The position numbers and the translations under genes are program-made. The notes under the pieces are model-generated. The model did not search any database. It had not been told where the DNA came from and worked only from the letters and a program-made list of their open reading frames with translations. DNA of 63,019 nt, filler included, from Octopus bimaculoides (Eukaryota), in NCBI RefSeq assembly GCF_001194135.2. It is 4 parts of 4 records of this genome, joined end to end, with 100 filler letters (N's around TTAATTAATTAA, not from the genome) between each part and the next. Parts side by side here need not be neighbours in the genome. Positions count along the whole stretch, not along the records: positions 19,938 to 45,878 come from NC_068981.1; positions 45,979 to 57,427 come from NW_026389128.1; 2 more parts are not named here. One strand, given 5' to 3'. Of this stretch, positions 38,125 through 51,935 are shown one piece after another (the stretch's first letter is position 1; each line of letters begins with the position of its first letter).

Positions 38125-38640
38125 CAATGAATGCATGTATTTTTGTATGTATGTATGTATGTATGTATGTATATTTGTACACAGAAACTTACACGCACTC
38201 ACACACGCCAACATACACGCACACACATATATTGGAAGATTTGCTATGAGGTAAGATTACACCCATTTATTTTCTTCTTTATGTCATCTATTATAATTAT
38301 ATTCTTTCTGTTTATTCTCCTATCACTGTACAGATATATTTTTGTAACTCCAAATAGTTTCATAATCTATTCAAATATTTTTTGTGTACTTTAGTGAAAA
38401 AATACTTCGCTAAGACTAATAATGATTTATCCTGAGGAGTAGGTGTCTTTTATCTTATAAAGTATGTATGGCTGTTTGAAAATAATTCCATGTTCAATAC
38501 TTCGAACGATACCTGCATCCTGGCAACTATAAAATGTGTCTGTTTTCTTGTATATACGTCAGTTCCAAGAAATTTGGCGTCTAACCTTCTTGACTGCTAG
38601 TCTTATACTGCTAGTTACGACAAGATTCTATCTTTCTAAC

Positions 38641-38690
38641 ACTGCCTGATGAGTGATACAAGTCTCGAAACAGAACATCCTGTGGCGTAA
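38641..38690 (+). ncRNA. Degenerate type I hammerhead ribozyme-like motif
   Basis: CTGATGA 38646-38652; stem II 38653-38666 with one mismatch; GAAA 38667-38670; stem III ACAG/CTGT; position 17 is G; 3-bp stem I. Confidence 0.4.
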
Positions 38691-38849
38691 GGTTTGCTAC
38701 CAGGGAAGATTTCTTATATTTCATTGCATAGACGTAATGGGTTTGTTTCAAATAGTTCAAAATTTTTTTAACATTTGTGGACGACTTCAGCGAAAAATAC
38801 CACACTAAAAGTAAATATGATGTACCCGGTAGAGTACGTGCCTGGCAAA

Positions 38850-38931
<82 letters not shown>

Positions 38932-38968
38932 CTCTGTCTGTCTATATGTCTGTCTGTCTGTCTAGCTA

Positions 38969-38999
<31 letters not shown>

Positions 39000-39777
39000 A
39001 TATACGTATGTATGTATGTGTATACATTTATATATATGTATATGTGTGTGTGCGTGTGTGTATGTGTATTTATAGGCATAGGCGTGGCTATGTNNNNNNN
39101 NNNTGTGTATTTATAGGCATAGGCGTGGCTATGTGATAAGAAACTTGCTTCCCAACCACATGGCTCCGGGTTCAGTCCCATTGCGTGGCACCTTTGGCAA
39201 ATGTCTTCTACTATAGCCCCGTACCTGTACCTGTAATGTAAAGGTTCGTCAAAAAGTGACCGATATAATAAGTACTAAGCTTACAAAGAATAAGCATTGG
39301 GGTCGATTTGTTCGACTAAAACTCTTTAAGGTGGTGCTCCAGCATGGCCGCAGTCAAATGACCGAAAGAAGTAAAAGGATAAAAGAATATATATGTGTGT
39401 GCGTGCGTGAGTGTGTGTGTATCTGCGCGCGTGTGTATGTGCATTTGTGCGCGCGCGCGCGCGCGTGTGTGTGAGTGTGTGCAGGCGCGTGTGTATATGT
39501 GTGTTTGTGTGTGTGTTTTTGTGTGTGTGTTTGTGTGTGAGTGTGTGCGGGCGTGTGTGTATATGTGTGTTTGTGTGTGTGTTTTGCGTGTGTGTTTGTG
39601 TGTGTGTGTGTATACACTATATACTCACGAATACTAATGCCTGTGTTTCCCGTGGGAGTTTCATGTGTACCTTAATATTAGGCTGTGTATACCTCAATAG
39701 ACGATGACAAACTTATAATTATGTTTACAAAACTTTCACTCGTCACCGTTTCTTAACGTATGCCGAATACGCACATG

Positions 39778-39811
<34 letters not shown>

Positions 39812-39943
39812 GCGCGCACTCACACACATACACACATAACACACAAACACGCATACACACACGTGCTTATATTTCTGTGTACATATGTATGTAAAACATA
39901 CAAGCGTATATATATATATTTCTATACATACTTATATACACAC

Positions 39944-39974
<31 letters not shown>

Positions 39975-40935
39975 CCTATATGTATATATATATATACACA
40001 CATATATATATACACACTCATACACATGCATATTGCGTATGCGTGTTCTATTTCCTCCAAACAAGCTTTGGGCACTAAATCTATGTAAGTTTTCTTTCTT
40101 TGTTAAAATGAAGCATATTTGTAGGTATTCTTTTCGAAAATAGTTCTGTTTCATCCACAATAGCTAGTTGTCTAACGTCACAATTGTCTTCTTCGTTGAT
40201 ATTTTTCTTTCACTCTCAAAGCATCCGAAAATATCTGTAATGTATTTACAGCGTTACCTATTACGTAAAGATTGTGAATTCCTGTTGAACCAGAAAAACG
40301 TAGAAAACGTTTCTTCAGATCCTACTAGAATCTCATTTTGTTCTCTCGTTGCAGAAAATAAACCTAAAGCTTTCATTTTAATAGCCACATTGCTTCGAAG
40401 AATCTACTCCCTTTTTCTTTTTTGTCTTGTGAAAAAAGGAAAAAAAATTGTTCCGTTTTAAACATGATACTACTTCTATACCTGTTTGTTTGCTTACAAG
40501 AATTTAATGCAACTTTACTTTATTTTCTTATAATTATTCATAATATCACTTCATTCGTTCCCAAGTCTTCTCCTATTTTTCTTTTGCTGTTACTTCTATT
40601 CGTGTCTTTATAACTTCCAATTTATCATTCAGGGTTAACACTTGCTACTTAACACCAACATTTTTTCGCGTCAATCTCTCTCGTATATACATAATCGGTT
40701 ATGGTAAATTGCGTGTTATACTTTTGCTGAAGAGGAGCAACAAGATGACTTTTCCAAAACACAGTTTACATTTGTGCCACATTTATTGAAACAAAAACAC
40801 AAACGAACACTGATGCATGGGGAGCAATATCCATACACATATTCACGATTATACAACCGTGCTATTCGAGGTAGTGTTAATGGGGAACTTGCTATGCGTG
40901 TACACACACACACACACACTGATATATATATATAT

Positions 40936-41027
<92 letters not shown>

Positions 41028-41044
41028 GCATGTAAGTGTGTGTG

Positions 41045-41081
<37 letters not shown>

Positions 41082-41837
41082 ATATTTATGCATGTATGTG
41101 TGTATGTATATATGCATGTGCATTGAGATGCGCGAATATGCAAGTATACACACGCACGTACGTTAACATATATAAGTATATATATATATGCACTTGCGTC
41201 GTGTGTGCGTGCGTGCGTGCGTGTGCGCGTATGTGTGTGTCAGTATGTTTGTGTGCGTGTGCGTGATTGGGAAGGGAATGATTCGTGTTTGTCATATGCA
41301 TGATAAACAGAATTGCACTTCCGAACCAATTCCTTTTCCCTTCCTCTACGGTTGGAAACTTTCTTTTAAGCTTATTGTTCCATTCATATTTCTCTTCCTT
41401 TCGTCTCACCCATTTTTTCTTCATAGTCGTTATATTTCTACATCATATTTCATACCCGCTTATTTACACACGACGTTTTAATGCTTTTGTATCTTTTAGT
41501 ATTTTTCAGTTTTCATAAACAAACTTATTCTTCCTCTCGCATCCCTTTCTCTTTACCTTCCTTTTCTTCTTCTTCTTTTTCGCCGATAAATTCCATCCTT
41601 TCCTCCTTCTCTCATTCCTCTCTATTTATTTATATATTTAGATTTTTGAAAAATTCTGTACAAGCAATAAGATCTCTTTGCTTCAATATTTTCCAATCAA
41701 ACCTTGCGTAGAAACTCATATATTTTAACTTCACCACTTTTAAACTTCTGCATACATTTCATTTTACATAATTGTCAGACGATCGGAAGCGAGAAACTTA
41801 GATTAGCGATTTGTGAAAATTCAGTTTCCAATAATAG

Positions 41838-41900
<63 letters not shown>

Positions 41901-41947
41901 GTCTGTCTGTTTGTCTATCTGCCTCTGTCTCGCTTTTTCTCTATCTC

Positions 41948-42021
<74 letters not shown>

Positions 42022-42094
42022 CACACGCAAACAAAGAGAAACGTAAATATTTATATGTATATGTGTATGAGTGTATGTGCCCGTTCGTGTATAT

Positions 42095-42164
<70 letters not shown>

Positions 42165-42237
42165 CACACGCAAACAAAGAGAAACGTAAATATTTATATG
42201 TATATGTGTATGAGTGTATGTGCCCGTTCGTGTATAT

Positions 42238-42279
<42 letters not shown>

Positions 42280-42356
42280 ACGCAGTACTCTAGCAAAAAG
42301 GCGGTGTTCCATCATGGCCGCGGTCATATGACTTAAACAAATAAAAGAATAAAAGA

Positions 42357-42405
<49 letters not shown>

Positions 42406-42860
42406 TATATATACATATCTATGTATATATACATACACACACGCACACGCAGACATATATACATAAACATATAAGTACATTAAGTGTACATACTATAGAT
42501 GTATGTACGTTATGTGTGCGCGTGTGAGCGCTGTTTTATGCATGCATGCGTACGTGAGAATGTATGTAATGGAAACAGATTTTATTTTAAACTCGTGTTA
42601 TTGAGAGTGACATTATGTTACCATTTTAACTTTTCGAAAAAGAATTTTCATATTTCCTCCTTGTAGTTTTCCATGTTCCATGATTTAGAATAATAAATTT
42701 CCTGATTTCATAAATATTTTAGACCTTTTGAGAATAAAATCATTGTTGCAAAGGTCTTTAATTTTGCAGTTTAATGTTGGTTTATATGAGAATCTGCTTT
42801 ATAATTCTTGGTACCAGTTTATGACAGAATGTGCTAAACTCTCTTCTGCCTTTCTCACTT

Positions 42861-43203
42861 TTGTTGTTGGCACTCCGTCGCTTACGACGTCGAGGGTTCC
42901 AGTTGATCCAATCAAAGGAACAGCCTGCTCGTGAAATTAACGTGCAAGTGGCTGAGCACTCCACAGACACGTGTACCCTTAACGTAGTTCTCGGGGATAT
43001 TCAGCGTGACACAGTGTGACAAGGCTGACCCTTTGAATTACAGGTACAACAGAAACACGAAATAAGTGTGAGAGAAAGTTGTGGTGAAAGAGTACAGCAG
43101 GGTTCGCCACCATCCCCTACCGGAGCCTCGTGGAGCTTTAGGTGTTTTCGCTCAATAAACATTCACAACCCCCGGTCTGGGAATCGAAACCGTGATCCTA
43201 TGA
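42861..43203 (-). mobile_element. SINE family A (5' end runs into gap)
   Basis: Reverse-complement match to 12188-12572. Confidence 0.88.
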
Positions 43204-43373
43204 NNNNNNNNNNNNNNNNNNNNNNNNNNNNNNNNNNNNNNNNNNNNNNNNNNNNNNNNNNNNNNNNNNNNNNNNNNNNNNNNNNNNNNNNNNNNNNNNN
43301 NNNNNNNNNNNNNNNNNNNNNNNNNNNNNNNNNNNNNNNNNNNNNNNNNNNNNNNNNNNNNNNNNNNNNNNNN

Positions 43374-43437
<64 letters not shown>

Positions 43438-45568
43438 ACACTCATACACATATTCACACGTATGTACGCCTGATATCTATATTCCCTTCGCGGTATCAGT
43501 CATTGGAATGCCATCATGCGGTGTTACAATTTCAAAGGTTTTATTTTTGTAAGTTAAATCGATCCAATTATGCTCTTCCCTAATTATGCACTTTTTACGC
43601 CATTTACTTCCTTTTATTCACGTTAATTATCTTAATATATTCAAACCGACTATTCTTGTAAAGGGTTTCTTATATATGGCAACATCGGCACCCGTCGGTT
43701 ACGACTACAGTTCATCCGATCACTGGAACAGACTGTTCGTGAAATTAACGTGTAAATGGGGAAAGGGGAAGAGATTAAAAATCCAGAAGAATAATTAAAT
43801 GCATTCTGTAGGGATCAAAGTGGGTTAACTAAATTGTCTAGTGAGAGCCATAATAATCCACTCAGGCTATAAATTTACTTTCCACTGTCTGTCCAAAATT
43901 CAAACAACGAATAGATTCATTATAAGATCACAGTATAATAGTAAAACACAAAACACGGAGAATTATACATTTTTAATCAGCTTACGCTCGTTTCGGATAG
44001 ATGGGAAAATTACATAATTTTGCGATGTAGTAATTATGCATATTAATCTGTCCTATATTTGATCAATAAATATTCTATAGAGATTGAGAAATTTAACAGT
44101 ATTTTATCCTTATAAAAGCTATACCACACTGTTTGGGAAGGAAAACATTTTAAGGAAATTAGATAGTAGTGAAGCTAACAATATTTGACAAGTATGAGGT
44201 GTATGGAGGTATACCATCAGACCTACTTAGAAATTCTATTTATTCGATCACGACAGAATTGTAATTTGACATGTCAAGATTCATATCCCGTTTGACCTAT
44301 TATTGACTCCTTCTAATATACAAAAGAGGAACATATAGCTAAACTATTCATTAGGTATATTATTTAGGTTACGATAGAAGTGACATTTGATCAGTATTAA
44401 TTCTAAGTATAAATTATGAGTAGACGACAGCTTGAATGACTGAGAATTCCAAAGGAGGATAAACAGTATAATTCGTTAAGGAAGATATTCTATTTCAAAA
44501 GTATATTCAGACGAAAAATCTCTCAGTAATAGGCTTAACCAACTATGTAATTGTAAAAATCGTCAAAAACATTTAGTCTATAAATCTTGAATAACAAAAG
44601 AGACGTGTATTTACTATTATACATGTAGAGATCACATCACCAAATTTCATCGTGTAGACAGAAAAAAAAAAAAGAAAAATAACACCTTTTTAAGTAAATG
44701 TGTAAGAAACCTCAAAGAGAGGAGGAATGTTAGGTACGATATTAAATGGTTAATAATAAGTAATGTACTACCATATAATGGTGGAACATTAAAATGCAAA
44801 TTATATCTCTAGGAAGCACTACATATCCTTATATCCAAATTGAACATATCAAATAAAGAAATGAATTCATGTTGAAGATATTCATATTTATGGAGAAGAA
44901 CCTTTAAAACATTCACTAATAATAGAGTGCTGATTAGCGTACGCTAATATGATTTCTTGGGTCTGCTATCTTGGTCCAGTATATTTAATATATATAATAT
45001 ATTCAATAGAGCTAGTATTATTTAATAGATATACTAATATTTATTGTCTCTAATTTACCTGTTTTAATCTAATTATTATTGTTATTATAATTATCACTAT
45101 TAGTTTCGGTATTATAATTGCTATTATTATCATTTAAATTTTAAAATTCCGCAGTATAAATATTTACTTATATTCTTCCTTATTTTTAAATACTATTTAA
45201 TTTATATTTTTTAATTTATTCGTAAGTTCACTTTTTAACGTATCTCTTTGCCTTAAGTTATATTAATAATTCTACAATTACCTTAAGGTTTAAATATTTA
45301 TTCTTTTAAGAGAAATGAGTTTTCTCTGAAACGATGCAAGATTCGGTGAATTAGACTGATTATTTTCCTTTGGCATTCTCAGATTTACATAACACCTCAT
45401 GATAAAATTTCGTGGACGCGAGAAAACGTGACCATTTCATCGGAAATATGGAGTCAAAGTGCCGTACGTCCATATCTCCACATGTCCGAACAGCTAGTCG
45501 TGTACACGAGTCCACGAAACTTTATGTAACAGGAGGAACTAAGTCAATGTATTTACTCAATAAATAAT

Positions 45569-45780
45569 CTTTTCTACTCTAGGCACAAGGCCCGAAACTT
45601 TTGGGAAGCGGCCAGTCAATTAGATCGACCCCAGTACGCAACTGGTACTTAATTTATCGACCCCGAAAGTATGAAAGGCAAAGTTAACCTCGGCGGAATT
45701 TGAACTCAGAACACAAAGACAGACAAAATACCGCTAAGCATTTCGCCCAGCGTGCTAACGTTTCTGCCAATTCGCTGCCT
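45569..45780 (-). mobile_element. SINE family C with 17-bp TSD
   Basis: TTTACTCAATAAATAAT at 45552-45568 and 45781-45797. Confidence 0.9.
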
Positions 45781-45978
45781 TTTACTCAATAAATAATAAA
45801 TACAATTTCAACTCAATGTCTTGAGTGCTTCTTCCTTTCGGTTTGTTCACTCACTTTTGTGTGTGCGTACATATATATNNNNNNNNNNNNNNNNNNNNNN
45901 NNNNNNNNNNNNNNNNNNNNNNTTAATTAATTAANNNNNNNNNNNNNNNNNNNNNNNNNNNNNNNNNNNNNNNNNNNN

Positions 45979-46362
45979 CAACACCTTCTGCCCAATCTGA
46001 TAGAATTCTGGCAAAACTGTTTAGCAACAGATCGCCAGCAATTGCTTCATCACAAATTGCCATCCTAGCTCCTGTGAAAAGGGATTACCCTGCTATGTAT
46101 AATCAGGGCAGCGCAAAAAGTTGTTTTGCACAAACATTTCTATAGCCAATTACACGGATGAAATTTACGTATGCTTAATAATTTTACGCAAAACAACCTT
46201 CAGACTTTCCCTATTAATTTCATCGTCTTTTGAATTATGAACATATTTACATCATAAGGGTTTTTTCATTGTAAGGCTTTCTTTTTTAGTTGATTTTCAG
46301 CTAACAAGACTTATCGTAGATGGCATAAGTCACACCCGGACAAGGTCGGGTTATACTGCTAG
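45979..46362 (+). mobile_element. Helitron 3' end
   Basis: acccggacaaggtcggg hairpin, 8 nt, CTAG|T at 46359-46362; 5' extent unknown. Confidence 0.55.
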
Positions 46363-46949
46363 TATTGTATAAAGATAAAATTTAGGGTTATCAAGAAAAA
46401 TATTATAACCAAAAAGATAAATTTTGAATAATTTTGAATATATACCAAAACTTTCAAGAATAGAGAGAGGGGAAAATTACATAGAATTAATTTAATATTC
46501 ATTCATATACTTGATTATTTACTTATTAGGTGGTATCTGTAAAGACTGATCACTGGCATTTACTAAAGGATTACTGGGGTGATAGAACATGCAAACTATA
46601 TATTAATTATAATCTAAGAGGTATATAATAAATTTTGAAGCTACCGGTGCTATTATAAACAAGGTAATATAAATTTCTAGGGGTACAAAAATTAGGAGGT
46701 TTACTTACATAAAGGCTATTATAAAAATGATAATATGATCAGAAGTGTAGAATACCATAGAAAGGAATAAATAGTTTAATTACTAAAACCATGAAGAAGT
46801 ATATATATATATATATACCATATTATCAACAGCAGAGAGGTTTATATAGAGTTTGTTTAATAATTCTATCATTATGCTTAATTATTTACTTATTAGGTGG
46901 TATCTATATTTAAATGTACGGGTGACACTATGTACACATGATACCCTTA

Positions 46950-47315
46950 GGTCCAATCTATTGTTAATCAGGTATTTCTTGTCCTTATGCCTAAAAATCT
47001 CATGTTTCCATAGGGCACAGCTCACACCCGTACCTATTATTTCTATAAGTCTGTGCTTTCCTTATTATTTCCCATTTAACACTAATCTCGCTTTCCTTCA
47101 GTTCCCAAGCCTTACTAGATGATGATGTACAGTTAGCCGTATGTTTAAGTCTAAAAGAGGAAAAATGACTATAAATACCTTTTTTCATATTAGTAGAACA
47201 TCCTATATATATATAAAGTTACCAGTTATAGTTATGACTGTACATTTGTAAATTACGTTTTGGGTAAGACATCGGCCTAATAACAGCCAGTGGGACCTAA
47301 CTCTACAATTGCAAC
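46950..47315 (-). pseudogene. Penelope-like GIY-YIG endonuclease relic
   Basis: CNCR...GRCLTQNVIYKCTV...YIGCST...SHFSSFR...AWELKE...KWEIIRKAQTY...CELCPME. Confidence 0.8.
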
Positions 47316-47779
47316 TAGGAGAATTACTACTATTAATATTATTATTATTCATATGGTCATTATTATTATTAATATTATCGCTATTATTATTAATCCTACT
47401 ACTACTATCGAATGTGCTATGTTCATGTCTGCTATTATCTATTCTTCCTTCAACTGTAGTTTCCTAGTCGGAATTTCTGATTAAAGGCAAAGTCGACCTC
47501 GGCGGAATTTGAAATCAGAACTTAACGACAAACGAAACACCACGAAGCATATCATCCAGCGCGCTAACGATTTTGCCAGCTCGCCGCCTTAACAATAGCA
47601 GTAATGACAATAACAACAAGAGCACTGCCAGGACAACACCAACGTCCTCTCAACGTTTAGCCAGAGATGATTTTTTAAATGAGAATATCAGAAATAAACT
47701 CAACTGCTCTTACAAACGAGAATACTAAAAAAGGAACCCGACCTCCTTCAAAAATTAAATAAAAAAGAAACAGGAAAAA

Positions 47780-49875
47780 TAATCTAGAATCCTTGTCCAT
47801 TACAGGATTGATCGCAAAATCTAATCAGTTCGTGCCAGTTACGAGGGTAGACTTCCCTGAAAGCTTTATCCGATTCCATCTGGCGGTTCGAGAGATATCT
47901 TGTCCACAGACAAACAAACAAACACGACTGAAAACAACACCTCCGCCTTAGCGAAGGCAGAGGTAATAAGCGTAGCTGTAAGAATAACGATAATAGTCGG
48001 GATAGTAATGACAACAAGAACTCCAACAAAAACAACGATGAAAACAGGCAAACCAACACAAACAATAGTGGCAACAATACACATAGAAACACCACCACCA
48101 ACACCAACAACATCAACAACACCAACAACAATAACAAAAACAGAGACAATCAAAGAGATAGTAACCATAGAAATGATAGGATAGAAAATAATTGAACAGT
48201 TATAAATGAGATTAACTCCCTTCGCACCCTATTCTTCAATCCATGTGATAAGTCGTAAGATATGAGTCGCATTCATCCGACAACCCTACCTTTCAACAAA
48301 GGAGTTTGTATCCCACAGTGGACCATTGACGAAATAGAAGCACAATTCCCCATAACTAGTCCAAAGTCTTAGATTTTGGAAGAGTACACGAGAAGACAGA
48401 GTAGGAGAGAGGCACAACAACTCGATAAGAAATCCGCAAGTAGCCTGCACAAACTCATTCAGCGCACAAAAAATAAGGAAGTTGTGTGCTTCCCCACAGA
48501 GAAGTGCGGCAGAACATCAATAGACAGCCTGTCGAAGTATGTCCAAGCAATGCAATCCACATCACCAACATGAGTGAAACAACGGTAGAAGAGTATGAAG
48601 AGAAGGAAAAATATCCTCAATGCTCAAGCATTCTAGGAGCAAATATTCTAGGAGAAACGAAATGCAAGACCAACAACTTCCGGGCCACAAATAACGATAT
48701 CCCAGCACTGTATGGGCTCCACAAGGACCATAAAGCGACCACTGATCTGGTGATAGGGTCACCAACGAGACCGTTTTGCACAGCCACCGTTGTCAGCAAC
48801 TACAAAATTTCTTGCTTCCTGATCAGAAAGCCCCCGAAGGTGTGTGACATCACAGAGGACCTTCTCAGCAGAATCAATGAATGCAACCATGCTTGTGACC
48901 TGTCAGGGGGCGCAATAGGCGTATGGATGTAGTATCCTTATAGTCATCCATTGCCGTTACTTTTGCTGTGGAGAAATGTGTGGAGATGAACAGCGAGAGC
49001 GACGTGGAGTTTCGTGGTGTTAACAGAGAAGAAATGGGTCCCCTCCATTGACTTACATGTTACAAAGAGTACTCAGATGAATACGACCTTAATTGTGTCT
49101 GCCCCATTAGATCAGTAAGAGGCAGACTCCCTACTACAATATCAGTGCTCAAGAAGATCCCTAGAGAGTTAGATTGAACGAGTGGACCAGAACTACGTGG
49201 ATCCCCGAAAACTATGACGAGGTTAAAGAAATGGTCTCACATGTGCTGGGTACGAGTACCAGAGGCATAATGAAGGGCCACATATTCAAGTTTAATAACA
49301 AGATATTCACCCAACAGGAAGATGCAATCATGGGTGTCAGACACGCTGGCGATGTGGCTAACCTATTTATGATATGGTGGGATAGGAGACTCAAAGAGAA
49401 ATTAGCAGGGAATTCCATAACCCTAACCATGTACTTCCGCTGTGTGGGTGATATTAATATAGTGGCCAAAGCAGCCCCACAAACCAGTGTCGACGAAGTA
49501 AAAGGTAACACCATGGAGAGCATCGAACAAATCGCTAACTCCATCCAGCAGAGTATTAAAGGAACAGTAGATTACCATAGCGAGCACCCTTACTGTAGGC
49601 TAGCGGTTTTAGACACGGAGCTCTGGCTGAAATAAGGCCCAGGTCCTTCATTCCCCCTATGCCAAACTCATGTCTTCTAAATACTTGGTACAGAAGAACA
49701 CTTGCAGAAAGCAATAAGTTCCATATCCTAATAGTGGTGAGGAATGTGTTCTGCATGTGCAATCATATAGAATTAGAAAAACACATACAAAGAGGAGAAA
49801 AGCTTGTCCCTGCTCCAACAACATGCTGAAGTAGAACATAGATTCTCGGTTAATAATCTAGATGTTAAAGAATTA
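47780..49875 (+). pseudogene. Penelope-like element (different clade), N-terminus and RT relic
   Basis: PTEKCGR, IPALYGLHKDHK, PTRPFC, MDVVSL, QQEDAIMG...VANLFMIWWD, YFRCVGD, IANSI, LAVLDTELW; 5' boundary approximate. Confidence 0.8.
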
Positions 49876-50171
49876 CACTGGTCAACAACCAATTTACATC
49901 AGGGATGTTATATGGTGTTTTAGATGTAGTTTTGTCCGTGAATTTCAAAAATGTAATCGGTTTCCTTCTATCAGGCACAGTTTTTCTGATGAGATAAGAG
50001 AGGTATATAACTCCCATCAGCAGTATCGCTACACGTAAACGTCTTATACAGGTAAATTCTGACTTCTGTCTTATAACTATTTGTATTCATTTTATGTTTT
50101 CATCATCTTTTCATAAATTTTACTTTCTGTTTAAGGTGCCAAGTCATCACCATCATCAAATTCTACTCAGG

Positions 50172-51860
50172 ATGTCAAGGCATTGCAAGAACAGTCCTGA
50201 TATATTTTGTCATGTCTGTGGTTCATTTACCACCAAAGCTCAGAAACGTGCCATCACAAGTGAAATCAAGAAGGTCTACCAATTATACGTTGGCTGCTCT
50301 CTTAGGGATCAAGATAAGAGATGGGCCCTGCACATCATCTGCTCAGCTTGTTCATATGGACTAAGGGATTGGTTAAATAAGAAGAAGAGAGTAATGCCAT
50401 TTGCAATACCTATGATATGGAGAGAGCCAAAGGATCATTTCATGGACTGTTATTTCTGCAATGTTAATGTATGTGGGTTAGCATAAGATTGTGTATCCCA
50501 ACTTGGAATCAGCAAGAAGACGGGTATCACACAACGATGATGATCTTCCTATTCCAATACCACCAGAAAATGGCCTTCAGATGTCTGACGAAGATGTATT
50601 TCCTGAAGAAAATACTACTGCTGTGGAAGACACTGAAGTGGATGCAGATTTCACGATTGAAAATGAAGACGTACCACAGAAATTTTCTCAAGGAGAGTTA
50701 AATGATTTAGTTAGAGACTTGTCATTGTCGAAGGATAAAGCTGAACTATTAGCATCTTGCCTACATGAAAAATCTCTGCTTAATAAAGATGTTTGTATTA
50801 CTCATTTCAGGAAGAGAAATAGGGATCTGACTTCATGCTTCTCTGTTGATGGACCACTTTCTTTCAGTAATAACACTGATGAGTTATTTCACTGTTTGTT
50901 CCAAGAGCATGTTCCAGCTGAATCGCGCTTATTCATTGCCTCATCTAAGAGAAGCCTCAAGGCAGTACTACTACACAACGGCAATAAGAAACCATCCATT
51001 CCCATAGGACATTCAGTGCACATGAAGGAGTGTTATGAAAACATGCAAGTACTCCTCAATGCCATAAAGTATATAAGCTTCAGCTGGAAAATCTGTGGGG
51101 ACTTGAAAGTGATTGGAATATTGATGGGAATGCAATCACGAAATATTGTTGCTTTTTATGCCTGTGGGACAGTCGTGCAACTATCAAGCACTATGTGCAA
51201 TCAGAGTGGCCTTTGCGAAAATCATGAGCCGGGAGTTTCTAGCATCCAGAGTGAGCCACTTTTTAACCCAGAAAATGTTTTTCTTCCCCCTCTTTACATA
51301 AAGTTTGGCCTCATGAAACAATTCGTGAAGACACTTGCCCGGAAAAGCTCAAAAGGTTTTGAATATGTGAAGGCCAAATTTCCAAAAAATCACCGAGGCA
51401 AAACTGAAGGAGGGCGTGTTCATAGGTCCGCAGATTAAAAAAACTCTTGAAGGACAACCACTTCCTCACAGCACTGGATGAGATTGAGTTAAAAGCCTGG
51501 AAATCCTTCAAATGGCTCTGTGAAACTTTCCTAGGCAACAAGAGATCTCTAGAGTTTAGAAATGGAGTGAAATGTCTTGTAGACTCCTACGCTGCAATGG
51601 GCTGTCGGATGTCCCTAAAAGTTCATTTCCTTGATTCACATCTGGACTTTTTTGCAGAGAACCTTGGAGCAGTGTCTGATGAGCAAGGGAACGCTTTCTT
51701 CAAGATATTGCATCGATGGAACAATGATATCAAGGATTTTGGAATGCAGGAATGTTAGCTGACTACTGTTGGATGTTATACAGGGATGAACCTGAGACAA
51801 AACACCATAGAAAGTCCAAATCCCAAAGATTTCAAGTTGTTATGCATTTGAGTGTACTGT
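50172..51860 (+). pseudogene. Chapaev3-like transposase with about five frameshifts
   Basis: CKNSPDIFCHVCG, WREPKDHFMDCYFC, YPNLESA, SSKRSLKAVLLHNGN, ICGDLKV, CCFLCLWDSR, LPPLYIKFGLMKQFVK, MSLKVHFLDSHLDFF, SDEQG, MLADYCW. Confidence 0.85.
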
Positions 51861-51935
51861 AATTTATTTGTACACAATAATTTTAATTTTATACAATAAA
51901 AAAAAACATGAAATTATCATATCTTGTATTCATTA

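Noticed and set aside
39063-39134. 31-bp direct repeat resembling a TSD
   Set aside because: Separated only by a 10-N gap; assembly overlap
42015-42243. Exact ~86-bp duplication with period 143
   Set aside because: Bounded by (TA)n tracts; slippage or misassembly is likelier than function
44933-44948. Perfect 16-bp palindrome ATTAGCGTACGCTAAT
   Set aside because: About one is expected by chance in 63 kb; no supporting context
47900-48184. Thr-rich mucin-like ORF (and ACC tract at 57580-58078)
   Set aside because: Low-complexity AAC/ACC sequence; the first lies within the PLE relic
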